Shown: positions 10,701 to 19,973, counted from the first letter of the stretch. The stretch: 64,000 nt of DNA from Alphaproteobacteria bacterium (GCA_947457935.1 CANGXP010000001.1:4065-68064), one strand, 5' to 3'. Numbers and translations: made by a program. The notes: generated by a model not told the origin, from the letters alone.

Positions 10701-11187
10701 ATTCTTGGAGGGTTTTTATGTGAGTGAACGCTCGCTCATTTTGCCCTAGTGTAAGAATTCTGCCTGTTGTGGTTGTCAGACTGCCCGTTGCGGCAAGCAA
10801 CCCCTCTGTGTTGCTTCGCAGTTGCTCTAGGGTGATGTGCGGCGTCTCCGCTGGATCCCGCGTGATATACGACTGGCTTAACAGCTTGGAAAGATTTAAG
10901 TACCCCGTTTCATTTTGCACATAGACAAACAACTGCGGCAGATGCTCGCCCGCTTTAACAGGGATATCAGGTGTTTGAATATTCAGCGCACAACCGATAA
11001 TCGGCTGAATACCTGCTTTTGCGGCGTTTGAGGCAAATTCTAACGCGCCAAACAAATTATGATGATCGGTCACCGCCACCGCAGGCACGCCCATTTCTTG
11101 GCATTTGCCTAACAAATCATAGAGCCGCACCGTGCTTTCAGCGAGCGAATAGGCAGAGCGGACTTTGAGGGGGATGAAAGAAGGCAC
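7765..11187 (-). CDS. dnaE: DNA polymerase III alpha subunit
   Basis: PHP domain (VRSAYSL, TDHHNLFG), PGRGSGAGS, MPDFDIDF, KFDFLGLKTLT, GYGFNKSHAAAY; likely start GTG at 11187 (ORF track starts at TTG 11244). Confidence 0.97.
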   Translation of the reverse strand: MPSFIPLKVRSAYSLAESTVRLYDLLGKCQEMGVPAVAVTDHHNLFGALEFASNAAKAGIQPIIGCALNIQTPDIPVKAGEHLPQLFVYVQNETGYLNLSKLLSQSYITRDPAETPHITLEQLRSNTEGLLAATGSLTTTTGRILTLGQNERAFTHIKTLQELFPERLYIEIARQDSAAEVANEGALLESAHTLNLPLLAAQDVFFLEKELHGAHDILLGIGDSTTVSNPARRQSNPQHYFKHPAELQKLFADIPEALDNTVHLAQRCAFMPEARKPILPRFSEDEAESLKTQAYQGLEKRLAHYKTLNREIDVAPYQQRLEYELNTIISMGFAGYFLIVADFIGWSKQQGIPVGPGRGSGAGSVVAWVLSITDLDPLELNLLFERFLNPERVSMPDFDIDFCQDRRDEVISYVQQKYGADKVAQIITFGKLQARAVLRDVGRVLELPYGQVDRICKLVPNNPANPMTLQEAIDFEPQLRAIQQEEETSSLIDISLQLEGLYRHASTHAAGVVIGDRPLEQLVPLYRDVRSTMPATQFNMKYAETAGLVKFDFLGLKTLTVMQKACALIKERCGVDVDLLSLPMDDKKTYALLSSGETMGVFQLESAGMRDVLRKLKPDRFADIIALVALYRPGPMDNIPRYIACKHELEQPDYLHPTLQPILQETFGVMIYQEQVMQIAQVLAGYSLGAADLLRRAMGKKIKEEMDAQRALFVEGSTAKGVEKNTASFIFDQVAKFAGYGFNKSHAAAYALIAYQTAWLKANYPAEFLAATMTYELGNTDKLGLFRQEALRMNLSVLPPDVNTSKRYFAVENDGKALRYALTAIKGIGEAPVLELVTEREKNVAYTGLYDFTKRLAGRGLNKRFLENMCYAGAFDSLHQSRAAVFANIETAVASGVSSKADDDSGQESLFGITSLAPAVAPKFIEHPEWSPLEKLGNEFTALGLYLSAHPMDSYQLALDKMKVTLAKDVAEIVSSKGAQRLTMAGIVTAKKERKSAKGNRFAFVQFSDTSGVFEVMMFSEVLAASRELLEQNVPLLVSVDATEEGEGYRLLAQMIRPLDGVAADVGLGLELTINEKKTLAVLHDILKQEPRGNAQVLLKLPSATGHLVTITLPQRYALSMTTRQKVKGLAGVKAARDVA

Positions 11188-11300
11188 GAGGGAAGAGTCG
11201 CGAGGCACGAGGAACAAGAGCCTTATACGTAGCGGAACAAACAATAGCCTACAAGACTAAATTTTTCCCCTCGTGCCTCGTGCCTCCCTACTCGTGCCTC
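11181..11300. repeat. Inverted-repeat element built from AGGCACG/CGTGCCT heptamers between lolD and dnaE
   Basis: AGGCACGAG copies at 11182 and 11203; CTCGTGCCT copies at 11270, 11277 and 11291; the arms overlap the lolD stop and the dnaE start. Confidence 0.8.
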
Positions 11301-11968
11301 AAAACCCCTTTACTCAAACTGTACGTCCTGTCCATTTGTGCGGCTAATGCATGGTTATGCGTGGCGATGAGGGCGGCAACGCCGTGTTCACGCGCTTGAG
11401 AGAGTAATTCTGCAAAGACAATCGCCGATGTTTCGGGGTCGAGATTCCCTGTGGGTTCATCGGCAAGCAACAATTTGGGGCGATTGGCGAGCGCACGGGC
11501 AATCGCCACGCGCTGCTGTTCGCCGCCTGAGAGTTGGCTCGGGCGATGGTGTGCCCGATTCTCTAAATTAAACTGTGAGAGCAGTGAGAGTGAGCGCTCA
11601 CTCGCTATTTTTTTATCAACACCTGCAATGAGTTGCGGGAGCATGACGTTCTCTGCAGCGGTAAAATCGCGCAACAAATGGTGAAATTGATAGATAAAAC
11701 CGATATGCGTATTACGCACCTGTGCCTGCTGCGTGACAGAAAGTGCCGTGCAATCACGCTCCATAATGGTAATGTGTCCTTTGAGTGGCGCGTCCAGCAA
11801 TCCTGCGATGTGCAGTAGCGTGGACTTGCCAGTGCCTGATGCACCAATCAGCCCCACCACTTGCCCTGCTTCGAGTTGCAGCGTCACGTCTTCTAGCACG
11901 TTCAAGCGTTGCCCCGCTTGGGTATAGTGATGATGAATAGTATTCAGAGATAACACTGTATCAGACAT
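11288..11968 (-). CDS. lolD: Lipoprotein-releasing ABC transporter ATP-binding protein
   Basis: GASGTGKS Walker [37 protein letters not shown]; downstream of lolC/E. Confidence 0.93.
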   Translation of the reverse strand: MSDTVLSLNTIHHHYTQAGQRLNVLEDVTLQLEAGQVVGLIGASGTGKSTLLHIAGLLDAPLKGHITIMERDCTALSVTQQAQVRNTHIGFIYQFHHLLRDFTAAENVMLPQLIAGVDKKIASERSLSLLSQFNLENRAHHRPSQLSGGEQQRVAIARALANRPKLLLADEPTGNLDPETSAIVFAELLSQAREHGVAALIATHNHALAAQMDRTYSLSKGVLRHE

Positions 11969-13208
11969 ACCGTAATGCCTCCACAGGGTTGATTTTTGAG
12001 GCTTTGAGAGAAGGGTAGAGGGTTGCCAGCAAGGATAATACGAGGCTCATGCTCACCACCCACCCTACTTGCCCCCAATCAAGGGCAGTGGGCAGCTTTG
12101 TTAAAAAATACACATCGCTGGGGAATAATCGCTGTTGGAAAATTTTTTCCAAAAACCCGCGAATATTTTCAAGATTTTCTGTCACCAGCAAGCCCAAGAC
12201 AAAGCCACTCAACGTTCCCACCACGCCTATTCGCATGCCACACAACACAAAAATACGCAAGATACTGCGTGGCGGCAGCCCGAGGGTCTGCAAAATCGCG
12301 ATGTCCATGGTTTTGTTTTTCACCAGCATCACCAAACTGGAAATAATGTTAAATGCCGCAACCATGATAATCAGGCTGAGGATTATAAACATCACATTGC
12401 GTTCCACCTCAACCGCGCTGAAAAAGCTACTGTTGGCTTGTCGCCAATCGCGCAATAATACAGCGCGGTTCAGCGTGGCATTAAGGGTTTTTGTGGTGTC
12501 TGCAACCGCATCCACATCATCAAGTTGCAGAGATAAGCTATCCACATTTCCTTTGGGGAGGCGAAAAAACACTTCTGCCAACGGTTGCGGCATAAAAATA
12601 AACCGCGCATCATATTCATACATCCCCACCGAAAAAATGTTGATAATGCGATAGTCCTTAAGGCGCGGCAGTGTGCCGAATCCTGTTTGCGTAAAGTTAG
12701 GCGCAACCAGCGTGAGCGTATCCCCAATCCGCAAATTAAGGCTTTCCGCCATCTTATCGCCGATGATAATCCCATCAGCATCGCTAAACGGTTGCGTATT
12801 TTTGTCCTCTAAAGAAGCAAATACTTTCGGGTGGGCTTTGAGGCTCTCTAAGCTCACGCCGCGCACCATTACGCCTAAAGCCTTTTCTCCCCGCAGAATC
12901 ATCGCTTGCCGCTCAATTTGCGGAATTACGCTTATAACATGGGGAAGCTTCTGAAGTGTGGGCAATAGGTCATCGTAATCCGCCAGCGTGCCTTCCACGG
13001 AATATACACTCACATGCCCATTCAGGCCGAAGATTTGCTTCATCAACTCCGCACGAAAGCCATTCATCACCGACATAACAACAATCAACGTCGCAACGCC
13101 TAAAGCAATCCCCACAAGAGAAAACCCCGCGATAACAGACAAAAACCCGTCGTTATTACGGGGTTTTAAGAAGCGTTTGGCTATAAGGCGTTCGGTGGCA
13201 CTAATCAT
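11961..13208 (-). CDS. lolC: Lipoprotein-releasing ABC transporter permease LolC/E
   Basis: [52 protein letters not shown]. Confidence 0.93.
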   Translation of the reverse strand: MISATERLIAKRFLKPRNNDGFLSVIAGFSLVGIALGVATLIVVMSVMNGFRAELMKQIFGLNGHVSVYSVEGTLADYDDLLPTLQKLPHVISVIPQIERQAMILRGEKALGVMVRGVSLESLKAHPKVFASLEDKNTQPFSDADGIIIGDKMAESLNLRIGDTLTLVAPNFTQTGFGTLPRLKDYRIINIFSVGMYEYDARFIFMPQPLAEVFFRLPKGNVDSLSLQLDDVDAVADTTKTLNATLNRAVLLRDWRQANSSFFSAVEVERNVMFIILSLIIMVAAFNIISSLVMLVKNKTMDIAILQTLGLPPRSILRIFVLCGMRIGVVGTLSGFVLGLLVTENLENIRGFLEKIFQQRLFPSDVYFLTKLPTALDWGQVGWVVSMSLVLSLLATLYPSLKASKINPVEALRYV

Positions 13209-13240
13209 GGTGTATGAGTAGCGAACGAGAGGGGAATCGT

Positions 13241-13444
13241 CTAGTAGTAGTTTGGGTCAACAGGCGGGACAGCCGCTTTTTTCTTTGCTTCTTTGTACCG
13301 TAATTTTTGTAAAGATAGTTGCTCAATATCATGCGTCGATGCAAAAATAGGTGCCACAAAGGACACCTCTTCTAAACTTGCTTCATCAATAGCGGTTATT
13401 TTGAGCGCGTTACCAACTTGATATTTTTCAATAATCACGCCCAT
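13241..13444 (-). CDS. Small conserved alphaproteobacterial hypothetical protein (DUF6898-like)
   Basis: IIE..QVGNALKITAIDE.S..EVS pattern with a basic C-terminus; co-oriented between ldtR and lolC. Confidence 0.55.
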   Translation of the reverse strand: MGVIIEKYQVGNALKITAIDEASLEEVSFVAPIFASTHDIEQLSLQKLRYKEAKKKAAVPPVDPNYY

Positions 13445-13464
13445 ACAATCGCTATGCGGATACT

Positions 13465-13926
13465 TTATTCACCAAAATCGCTGTAGGTAATGATGTTACC
13501 CCAGAAACGCTCTAGCTTTTTCATTGCTTCACTGGTGGTGCGTAATTCTGCTTCTTTGATAGGGCTATCTTCCAAGGCTGCTGCATGACGCTCAAAGAAC
13601 TCGCTCATGTCCGTGCAAAGCTTCAAGCCTTTGGGAGACAATTTCACGCGAATGGAACGACGGTCATGCGTTGAACGGTGCTGTGTTAAATAGTCGTTCT
13701 CAACCATTTTACGCACGTTATAGGAGACGTTTGAACCGAGGTAATAACCACGGTTGGTTAATTCCCCAACGGTCAATTCATCTTCAGAAATGTTAAACAG
13801 AATCAAGCTTTGCACGTTGTTGATGTCTTGCACATTCAAGCGATCAAGCTCTGTTTTGATCACTTCCAAAAACTGGCGGTGGACACGCTCTAAGATACGG
13901 AATGATTCGAGATATGCTAATTTCAC
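13465..13926 (-). CDS. ldtR: MarR-family transcriptional regulator, LdtR-like
   Basis: ELTVGELTNRGYYLGSNVSYNVRKMVE signature and DRRSIRVKLS wing; divergent from hemB as in many alphaproteobacteria. Confidence 0.8.
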   Translation of the reverse strand: MKLAYLESFRILERVHRQFLEVIKTELDRLNVQDINNVQSLILFNISEDELTVGELTNRGYYLGSNVSYNVRKMVENDYLTQHRSTHDRRSIRVKLSPKGLKLCTDMSEFFERHAAALEDSPIKEAELRTTSEAMKKLERFWGNIITYSDFGE

Positions 13927-14140
13927 GGTAATTTTCCTTTTTAAAATGACACCTTACAGTGCGTTATATCAACAATGATACAATGAATTTCTTAAAAGTT
14001 ATTAAACTTATGCTGCTAGAGCACTATGCCTTTTAAGAAAAATCGCTGCTTGATGCCTTGTAAATTTTGTTGGTGCTTTATACGATGGGTATTTATATAT
14101 TTGCAACTATTAAAATGGATTTTTTAGTGTAAGACATGCC

Positions 14141-15205
14141 ATGATTTATCAGAATTTTCCCCAAAGCCGCCTCAGGCGTACCCGTCAAGCCCCGTGGATT
14201 CGCAATTTAACTCGCGAAAACGTGCTCACCCCCCATGATTTATTGCTCCCACTGTTTGTGCATGACAAACAAGACGATACACCCGTTGCAAACCTACCCT
14301 CTGTTGCGCGGCTATCTCTCACCAGCCTTGTTAAAACGGCACAAGAAGCGGCAAGCCTTGGCATTCCTGCTGTATTACTATTTCCCGTTATTGACCCTTA
14401 TTTGAAAAATGATCGGGGTTTTGAAGCGCTTAATGCTGATGGTTTAATTTGTAGAGCCATCAAAGCAATTAAAAATGCTGTGCCCGATATTGGTATCATT
14501 TGCGATGTTGCGTTAGATCCCTACACCACCCACGGGCATGACGGCGTGTTGAACGACAAGGGCGATGTGGATAATGATGCTACACTCGAACTCCTTGCAC
14601 AGCAAGCATGGGTATTAGCAGACGCAGGCGCAGATTGTGTTGCACCTAGTGATATGATGGATGGGCGGGTGGCAAAAATTCGCGCTATTTTAGAAGATAA
14701 TAATCACACCAATACCCTTATTATGAGCTATACAGCCAAATATGCCTCCGCTCTTTATGCCCCTTTTAGAGACGCTGTGGGCAGTAAAGGTGCACTCAAA
14801 GGCGATAAAAAAAACTATCAAATGGATGGGGGAAATGCATCAGAAGCAATCCGCGAGGCGATGCAAGATGTTCATGAAGGCGCAGATATGCTTATTGTAA
14901 AACCTGCACTCCCCTATCTCGACATCCTGCAAAATGTCAAAAAAGCAACAGGATTGCCGACGTTTGCCTATCAAGTGAGCGGTGAATACGCGATGTTGCA
15001 CGCAGCGGCGCGGGCAGGCGTATTGGATTATGACCAAGCGATCATGGAAACGCTGTTGAGTTGCAAGCGTGCAGGCGCGGATGGGATTATTACCTATGCG
15101 GCGTTGGACGTGGCAAAGCGACTGTATAGTCGTTCAAAAATAAAATTACCCGCTGGCGAAAACGACTGCAACCGAGCGAAAGTGTACACTTCCGTACACG
15201 AGTGA
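14141..15205 (+). CDS. hemB: Porphobilinogen synthase, with a 26-aa MITE-derived C-terminal extension
   Basis: RLRRTR, DVALDPYTTHGHDG, APSDMMDGRV, MSYTAKYASALYAPFRDA, VKPALPYLD, AYQVSGEY. Confidence 0.97.
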   Translation: MIYQNFPQSRLRRTRQAPWIRNLTRENVLTPHDLLLPLFVHDKQDDTPVANLPSVARLSLTSLVKTAQEAASLGIPAVLLFPVIDPYLKNDRGFEALNADGLICRAIKAIKNAVPDIGIICDVALDPYTTHGHDGVLNDKGDVDNDATLELLAQQAWVLADAGADCVAPSDMMDGRVAKIRAILEDNNHTNTLIMSYTAKYASALYAPFRDAVGSKGALKGDKKNYQMDGGNASEAIREAMQDVHEGADMLIVKPALPYLDILQNVKKATGLPTFAYQVSGEYAMLHAAARAGVLDYDQAIMETLLSCKRAGADGIITYAALDVAKRLYSRSKIKLPAGENDCNRAKVYTSVHE

Positions 15206-15255
15206 GGTTAAGGGAAGTTTGCAGGCGTGGGCAACTTTATTTTGAAATGACTATA
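15125..15255. mobile_element. ~130-bp palindromic MITE (RPE-like), copy 1, inserted at the TA of the ancestral hemB stop
   Basis: Terminal inverted repeats TATAGTC...GACTATA, long imperfect stem, core GTGTAC-N6-GTAC; ungapped similarity to 23657-23787. Confidence 0.8.
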
Positions 15256-15257
15256 GT

Positions 15258-17297
15258 TTATTCCGCCGCCGTGGCACTCACCTGCTTCATCGCGTCTTTG
15301 ATGCGTTTTTTCTGCTCATTTTGCTGATGCTCTTCAATCCGTTTTTGCCGCATAAATTCTGGCATTGTTGGCGCAGGCGGATATTTACCCACACCGCCCC
15401 GTGCAGGATCTGGCGCAACAAGATATTTCAATTTTTTATGTTTAAAAAATGCGGGTGTGTCGCACAAAATTGGCTTATTCATATGGCTTTGCATCAACAC
15501 ATAGTGCTTGCCAGGTTCAATAGACATAAAGTCTTCAGGGCGAATGAGCGGCTGCCCCTGCATAGAACGCTGCATGTTCACCGCAAAGGGGTTTGTTTGC
15601 TTTGATAAACCAATGGTACGGCTTTTTGATTTTGTCTCCAGCGTCCGTTGCCCCACCATCTCTGAAAACCGCTTGGCTGTCACCTCGTTGTTCAACGTGA
15701 GTACCACTTTTGCCGCTGTGGTGGAAATAACCGTCTCGGTTTCATCCTTGCCATACTTTGACTGAATTTGCCCTAAATCCTGCCCAATCATCAGATAACT
15801 CACCCGCTGCCCCCGTCCTACGGCTGGTCCATCAAGCAAGGCTTGGAGTTTTGGCATTTGCGGAAACTCATCGAGGACAAAAATCGCATCACAAGGGCCT
15901 ACCTTTTGCCCATCGCGTGTTGTTGCCCCCGGTTTGTGTGCAACCAGCCATGCTGACAATGCTTCTACCAGCAATCCTGTAATTTTACCCAAAGCGCGAG
16001 CATCTTCTTGATTTACGCAAAGATACAACGATAACGGCTTCATCTCCCCCGTTGTGGGGTCTGTAATCCCGCGCACGTCCATAAACGAGAAATCACTTTT
16101 CTCCGTACGCGCCCGAATCGCGCTATTTTTAAAGACAATAAGTCCGCCATCTAAGCTGGACAAAATAGAGCCACGCTCTTTATCAGGTGTTTGTGCTAAC
16201 TGCGTAAATTCGTTCACCGCTCGCCCTGAATAGCCATATTCTCGCGCTTCTTTCACGGCATCCATGAGAAAATCTTTCACCACGTCGGCTGTCATGGCCG
16301 CCATGGGATTACTTTTTTTCAACGCTTCCACTTTATCGGCCGCGCTTAACAACCCTTCCGTCATCCAATCAATAAGCATCGGGATAGAGGCTTCACACCC
16401 CACCCACTCCTCTGGAATGCCCTTGTAATTGCCACTTTCACATTTCGCGACAATGTAATGCATAAAGCCCGCCATCGCCGCACGACCTTTTTTCGTCCAG
16501 TGCGGATCCGCCTGTCCTGTTGGCTCTTCAATAATAACGTTGGTGAGACGATCAATATACAAATCGCGGTTAGGCCCCATAGGCGGCATACACAGTGGCG
16601 ATAGCGGATTCCAACGGGGATAAAAAATGCCTTTTTCAGGGTCATCTTGCGCCGCCCACTCCAGTTTTAAACACACGCTGTGCAAAGAGCGATAGCCACT
16701 TGTGAGGTCAAACAACTCAGGCTTCACATCATTTACGATAATCGAGGCTTTATCACAGGTGAGAATGGTGGGCACAACAATCGCCACCGTTTTCCCTGTT
16801 CCAGGTGGCGCAACGCACAGCACAGAAAGCGTCTCACTTAATTGTAATAGTTTATTCCGCCATTCACCCAATACAATAATATTCCCAAACAGCTTCATTT
16901 TAACGACATCATCGTTGCGAGACAACCGCGCCGAGCCAAACATTGTTTCCTGCAGACTGTATGGATTTTTAACAAGCATGACAAATAGTAGTGCTGCACC
17001 CCCGAAAAAAGCAGTGACTATTTCTACTGGCACCCCCCCCAAACGCCAATCAACGGGCATATTAGGATTGCTATTGGCAATCCAATATTCATGGAATGCA
17101 AAAAAATCGCTAGGATTAATTAGTTTAAGCCAATATTCCCCCACAGCGTTTACAATCGGCGCACTCACGCCGTAACGCACAAACGTGAAAATAGATGTAA
17201 GTAGCAGCAACAAAAGAAAAAAAGTGAGAACGCCAAACACTATAGATTTTACAATCCATATCTTGGCTAAGCCTGATTCTCCAAGATCACTTTTCAT
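15258..17297 (-). CDS. virD4: Type IV secretion coupling protein VirD4/TraG
   Basis: Two N-terminal TM segments, VAPPGTGKT Walker A, VNDVKPEL, FVLDEFPQMPKL Walker B, QDLGQI..KYG. Confidence 0.93.
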   Translation of the reverse strand: MKSDLGESGLAKIWIVKSIVFGVLTFFLLLLLLTSIFTFVRYGVSAPIVNAVGEYWLKLINPSDFFAFHEYWIANSNPNMPVDWRLGGVPVEIVTAFFGGAALLFVMLVKNPYSLQETMFGSARLSRNDDVVKMKLFGNIIVLGEWRNKLLQLSETLSVLCVAPPGTGKTVAIVVPTILTCDKASIIVNDVKPELFDLTSGYRSLHSVCLKLEWAAQDDPEKGIFYPRWNPLSPLCMPPMGPNRDLYIDRLTNVIIEEPTGQADPHWTKKGRAAMAGFMHYIVAKCESGNYKGIPEEWVGCEASIPMLIDWMTEGLLSAADKVEALKKSNPMAAMTADVVKDFLMDAVKEAREYGYSGRAVNEFTQLAQTPDKERGSILSSLDGGLIVFKNSAIRARTEKSDFSFMDVRGITDPTTGEMKPLSLYLCVNQEDARALGKITGLLVEALSAWLVAHKPGATTRDGQKVGPCDAIFVLDEFPQMPKLQALLDGPAVGRGQRVSYLMIGQDLGQIQSKYGKDETETVISTTAAKVVLTLNNEVTAKRFSEMVGQRTLETKSKSRTIGLSKQTNPFAVNMQRSMQGQPLIRPEDFMSIEPGKHYVLMQSHMNKPILCDTPAFFKHKKLKYLVAPDPARGGVGKYPPAPTMPEFMRQKRIEEHQQNEQKKRIKDAMKQVSATAAE

Positions 17298-17308
17298 AAC
17301 TCTCTTCC

Positions 17309-18376
17309 TTACACAGAAGCAGAAACAGGGTTGCTTGCCTGTGTCTTTGCTTCTGATCGTATTGTTTTTTCGATGATATTCGGCGCATCTACTGCACTAA
17401 TTACACGCTGTCCAGAGCTTCTATCAATCTGTACAATTCGCCCAAAAGAGCGAGAGAGGATCTCAATCACAGCATCCGCATCCAAATTCGGGTTTTCCTG
17501 TGTTAAATTTTGCCAAAATGCACGCAAAGCCATCTCAGGGCTTTCTGCGTGAATAGTTGCCATAAAGTTTGAATGCCCCGTTGTCATCAAACGGTAAATA
17601 CTTTTTGAGTTGGTGACAGAAATTTCCCCGCAAATGATAATATCAGGTGTCATTCGCACCACGGAATCGAGAACGTGCGAATACGTCATTTTATTTGTGC
17701 CTGCTGTTCTTGAGACAACAAGATGCACGCGGTTCGCGTGAGGCACAATCACCTCCCGTGTATCTTCCACGGTAATAATACGCCGATCCCTTGGAATAAA
17801 TTCCACCAAGGCGTTCAGGAATGTTGTTTTCCCCGTTGATGTTGCCCCTGAAATTAGAACTGCCTCGCCGTTACTAATTGCACCAATCAAATCCTCATAA
17901 ACGTAGTCACTATAACGATGTTTATCTAACCCGCGATGCGCATCAAGCTCTTCTCGCTTGACTTCTTTAGTAAGCCTAAAATCATCCAAGACGAATTTTT
18001 TATCCGCATTAAAACGACGAATACACAAAGCCATCCCATGCGTATCGCCCATCTCGTAGCGCACATTAGGGCCAATAACTGCTTGGAAACGATGCCCCCC
18101 TGGTAAGGTAGCGGATAAAATCGGCAGTTGATTCACATCAAAATCTTGGTCTGTCACGTTCGCTAACATCCGACAAAGCGAAAAAATCCCGCGAATACTT
18201 ACCTCTGGAGCTGTTTGTGTAACCCAACCTTTCCCTATGTACTTAATACAAATTTCTTCAGGGCGATTAATCGATATTTCTTCGACATCTTTGTTTTCGT
18301 AATACACCTTGAGGGGTTTGAGCGCATTAAGCAGCAACTCATTTGACATGGTTGTGGTTTTAAACACGTCGCTCAT
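17309..18376 (-). CDS. virB11: Type IV secretion ATPase VirB11
   Basis: EISINRP, PILSATLPGGHRFQAV, SGATSTGKTTFLNAL, ITVEDTRE, RMTPDIIICGE. Confidence 0.9.
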   Translation of the reverse strand: MSDVFKTTTMSNELLLNALKPLKVYYENKDVEEISINRPEEICIKYIGKGWVTQTAPEVSIRGIFSLCRMLANVTDQDFDVNQLPILSATLPGGHRFQAVIGPNVRYEMGDTHGMALCIRRFNADKKFVLDDFRLTKEVKREELDAHRGLDKHRYSDYVYEDLIGAISNGEAVLISGATSTGKTTFLNALVEFIPRDRRIITVEDTREVIVPHANRVHLVVSRTAGTNKMTYSHVLDSVVRMTPDIIICGEISVTNSKSIYRLMTTGHSNFMATIHAESPEMALRAFWQNLTQENPNLDADAVIEILSRSFGRIVQIDRSSGQRVISAVDAPNIIEKTIRSEAKTQASNPVSASV

Positions 18377-18380
18377 ACTA

Positions 18381-19973
18381 TTATTTCCCTACAGTAGGCG
18401 GCGGCCCATAGTTAAACTGCGAACTGCCTTGCACAGGTGCAAACGCTTGGTTCGTTGGTGCACCTGCCGCTTCATTTTTTGTTCCCAGTTGCGCCGCATT
18501 ACCCAAAACTTCTGCTAGTTTTTGTGTTCCTGTGCCTAAATCGCCGCGTTGCAGTGCAAAGACTAATTGTCTTGCTTTTTCTAACGTTTCATTTGTTGCT
18601 GCAGAAGACGTGAGCAAGGTTGGCGTTTTCATCACCAAGTCTTGCGTCGGTGTTAGCAAAAAGCGCGTGCCACTGGGGATAGTGAGAATGGGTGTGGTGT
18701 CCACATAATCATTCAACAAGCGTTTAGCCTGAGAGGCAAATTCTTGCGCCAAATCCCGTCCTGCTTTTTGACCCGGCGTAAGCGTTTCTGAGGTTGTTGT
18801 GCCAGAACTCCCGCCACTATTGACGCCGCTAAAAGTCGTCGTCGTAGAATCCTTATTCGACAAGGCATACTCTAAACCAATGCCGATAGACGCAACCAAT
18901 AAAGGCGCAACATATCGATTGAACAACCGATAGTCTATGTAACCCACCATTCCATTGCGTCCCATGGGGTCACTTGCAGGCGATTGCACGGTAATATTAA
19001 CACCATCGGGACGAATAATCCGTGTCCATACAGCATCTAAACGTGACCGTCCTGTACGGCCTAAGCTTTGCGATGTGCCAATTAATCGTGATCCTGCGGG
19101 GATAAGAATATTCCGACCAGACGCACTGTAGACGTGATTCTCCACAATAGCCGTCATGCGACCACCACCAATTTGGGTGTTAATGGTGCTTTCTAAAACT
19201 GCAGGAATATATCTATCTGAGGTAATCATGCGATCCCGATTAACAGGATACGATGAAACTATCGGATCATACCCATAGGAGGCGTAGTCCTCATCGCTCA
19301 TTTTCCAACCTGCATTAACCCGATCTCCCGTTTGCAGTACCTGTAACGTGCCTGTTTTTCGCTGTTCTTGCAAGCGTTGGGCATTAATATACTCAAACGA
19401 AGGCGTGTACGGGATCACCTGTTCTGGCACTTGCAATGGCGGCGGCGGTGCATCTACTAACGCTTCACCAACGCCTGAAATTTGGACAAGTAAAGGGCTA
19501 TTTTTTGCACTGTGCGTTACAATAATCGTTGTTTGGTATGCACGCGGTTCTTGCGGGCGAAATGTCACATCAATGCGACAACTAGTTTTGTTGGGCCCCA
19601 TAATAAGCCCATCAGCACATGCCCCCCCTAGAGTAAACACGCTTTGTTCACTTGCCAGCTGCACTTGTTGAATGGTAAGTGGCTCATCCCCTTCTACGTT
19701 TAAGATAACGGGCAGCGTAAGCTCTCCACCAACTTTAACTCCTGAAAAAGTAAGCGTACTAGTAAGCGTTGCCAATGATGAAGGCAACGTGGGTTTTACT
19801 TCTTGCTTGTTGACCACATCAAGCAAATCGCGCACGGGATCTGCTGATTTTGGCGGCGGGGGAGCCTCTTTCTCACCACAACTCGCTAAGAATAAGCACA
19901 AAACCAAACACAGCGCGACAACAGCCTTATTGCGCTTCGTATTTAATGGACGCGATGCTATCTCGTAAAACAT
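18381..19973 (-). CDS. virB10: VirB10/TrbI-family protein with an N-terminal lipoprotein signal and an Ig-like (ASH/choice-of-anchor-D-like) domain
   Basis: C-terminal TrbI domain (IPAVLESTINT, IPAGSRLIG, WTRIIRPDG, DPMGRNGMVGYID, PILTIPSGT); lipobox FLASC at Cys32; beta-sandwich TLTFSGVKVG...CRIDVTFRP...VQISGVG. Confidence 0.85.
   Translation of the reverse strand: MFYEIASRPLNTKRNKAVVALCLVLCLFLASCGEKEAPPPPKSADPVRDLLDVVNKQEVKPTLPSSLATLTSTLTFSGVKVGGELTLPVILNVEGDEPLTIQQVQLASEQSVFTLGGACADGLIMGPNKTSCRIDVTFRPQEPRAYQTTIIVTHSAKNSPLLVQISGVGEALVDAPPPPLQVPEQVIPYTPSFEYINAQRLQEQRKTGTLQVLQTGDRVNAGWKMSDEDYASYGYDPIVSSYPVNRDRMITSDRYIPAVLESTINTQIGGGRMTAIVENHVYSASGRNILIPAGSRLIGTSQSLGRTGRSRLDAVWTRIIRPDGVNITVQSPASDPMGRNGMVGYIDYRLFNRYVAPLLVASIGIGLEYALSNKDSTTTTFSGVNSGGSSGTTTSETLTPGQKAGRDLAQEFASQAKRLLNDYVDTTPILTIPSGTRFLLTPTQDLVMKTPTLLTSSAATNETLEKARQLVFALQRGDLGTGTQKLAEVLGNAAQLGTKNEAAGAPTNQAFAPVQGSSQFNYGPPPTVGK

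Noticed and set aside
7765-11187. Intein or intron in dnaE (also checked in nrdA)
   Set aside because: Both proteins have ordinary lengths and continuous conserved motifs, with no splicing motifs seen
11181-11300. Heptamer repeats as a CRISPR array
   Set aside because: The units are 7 bp in inverted arms, with no regular spacers and no cas genes
12049-12654. 201-aa plus-strand ORF and similar short opposite-strand ORFs across the window
   Set aside because: Shadows of well-supported genes (here lolC) with no RBS or family motifs
13992-14005. TTAA-N6-TTAA in the ldtR-hemB promoter region
   Set aside because: Spacing is 6, not the 7 required for a CtrA box
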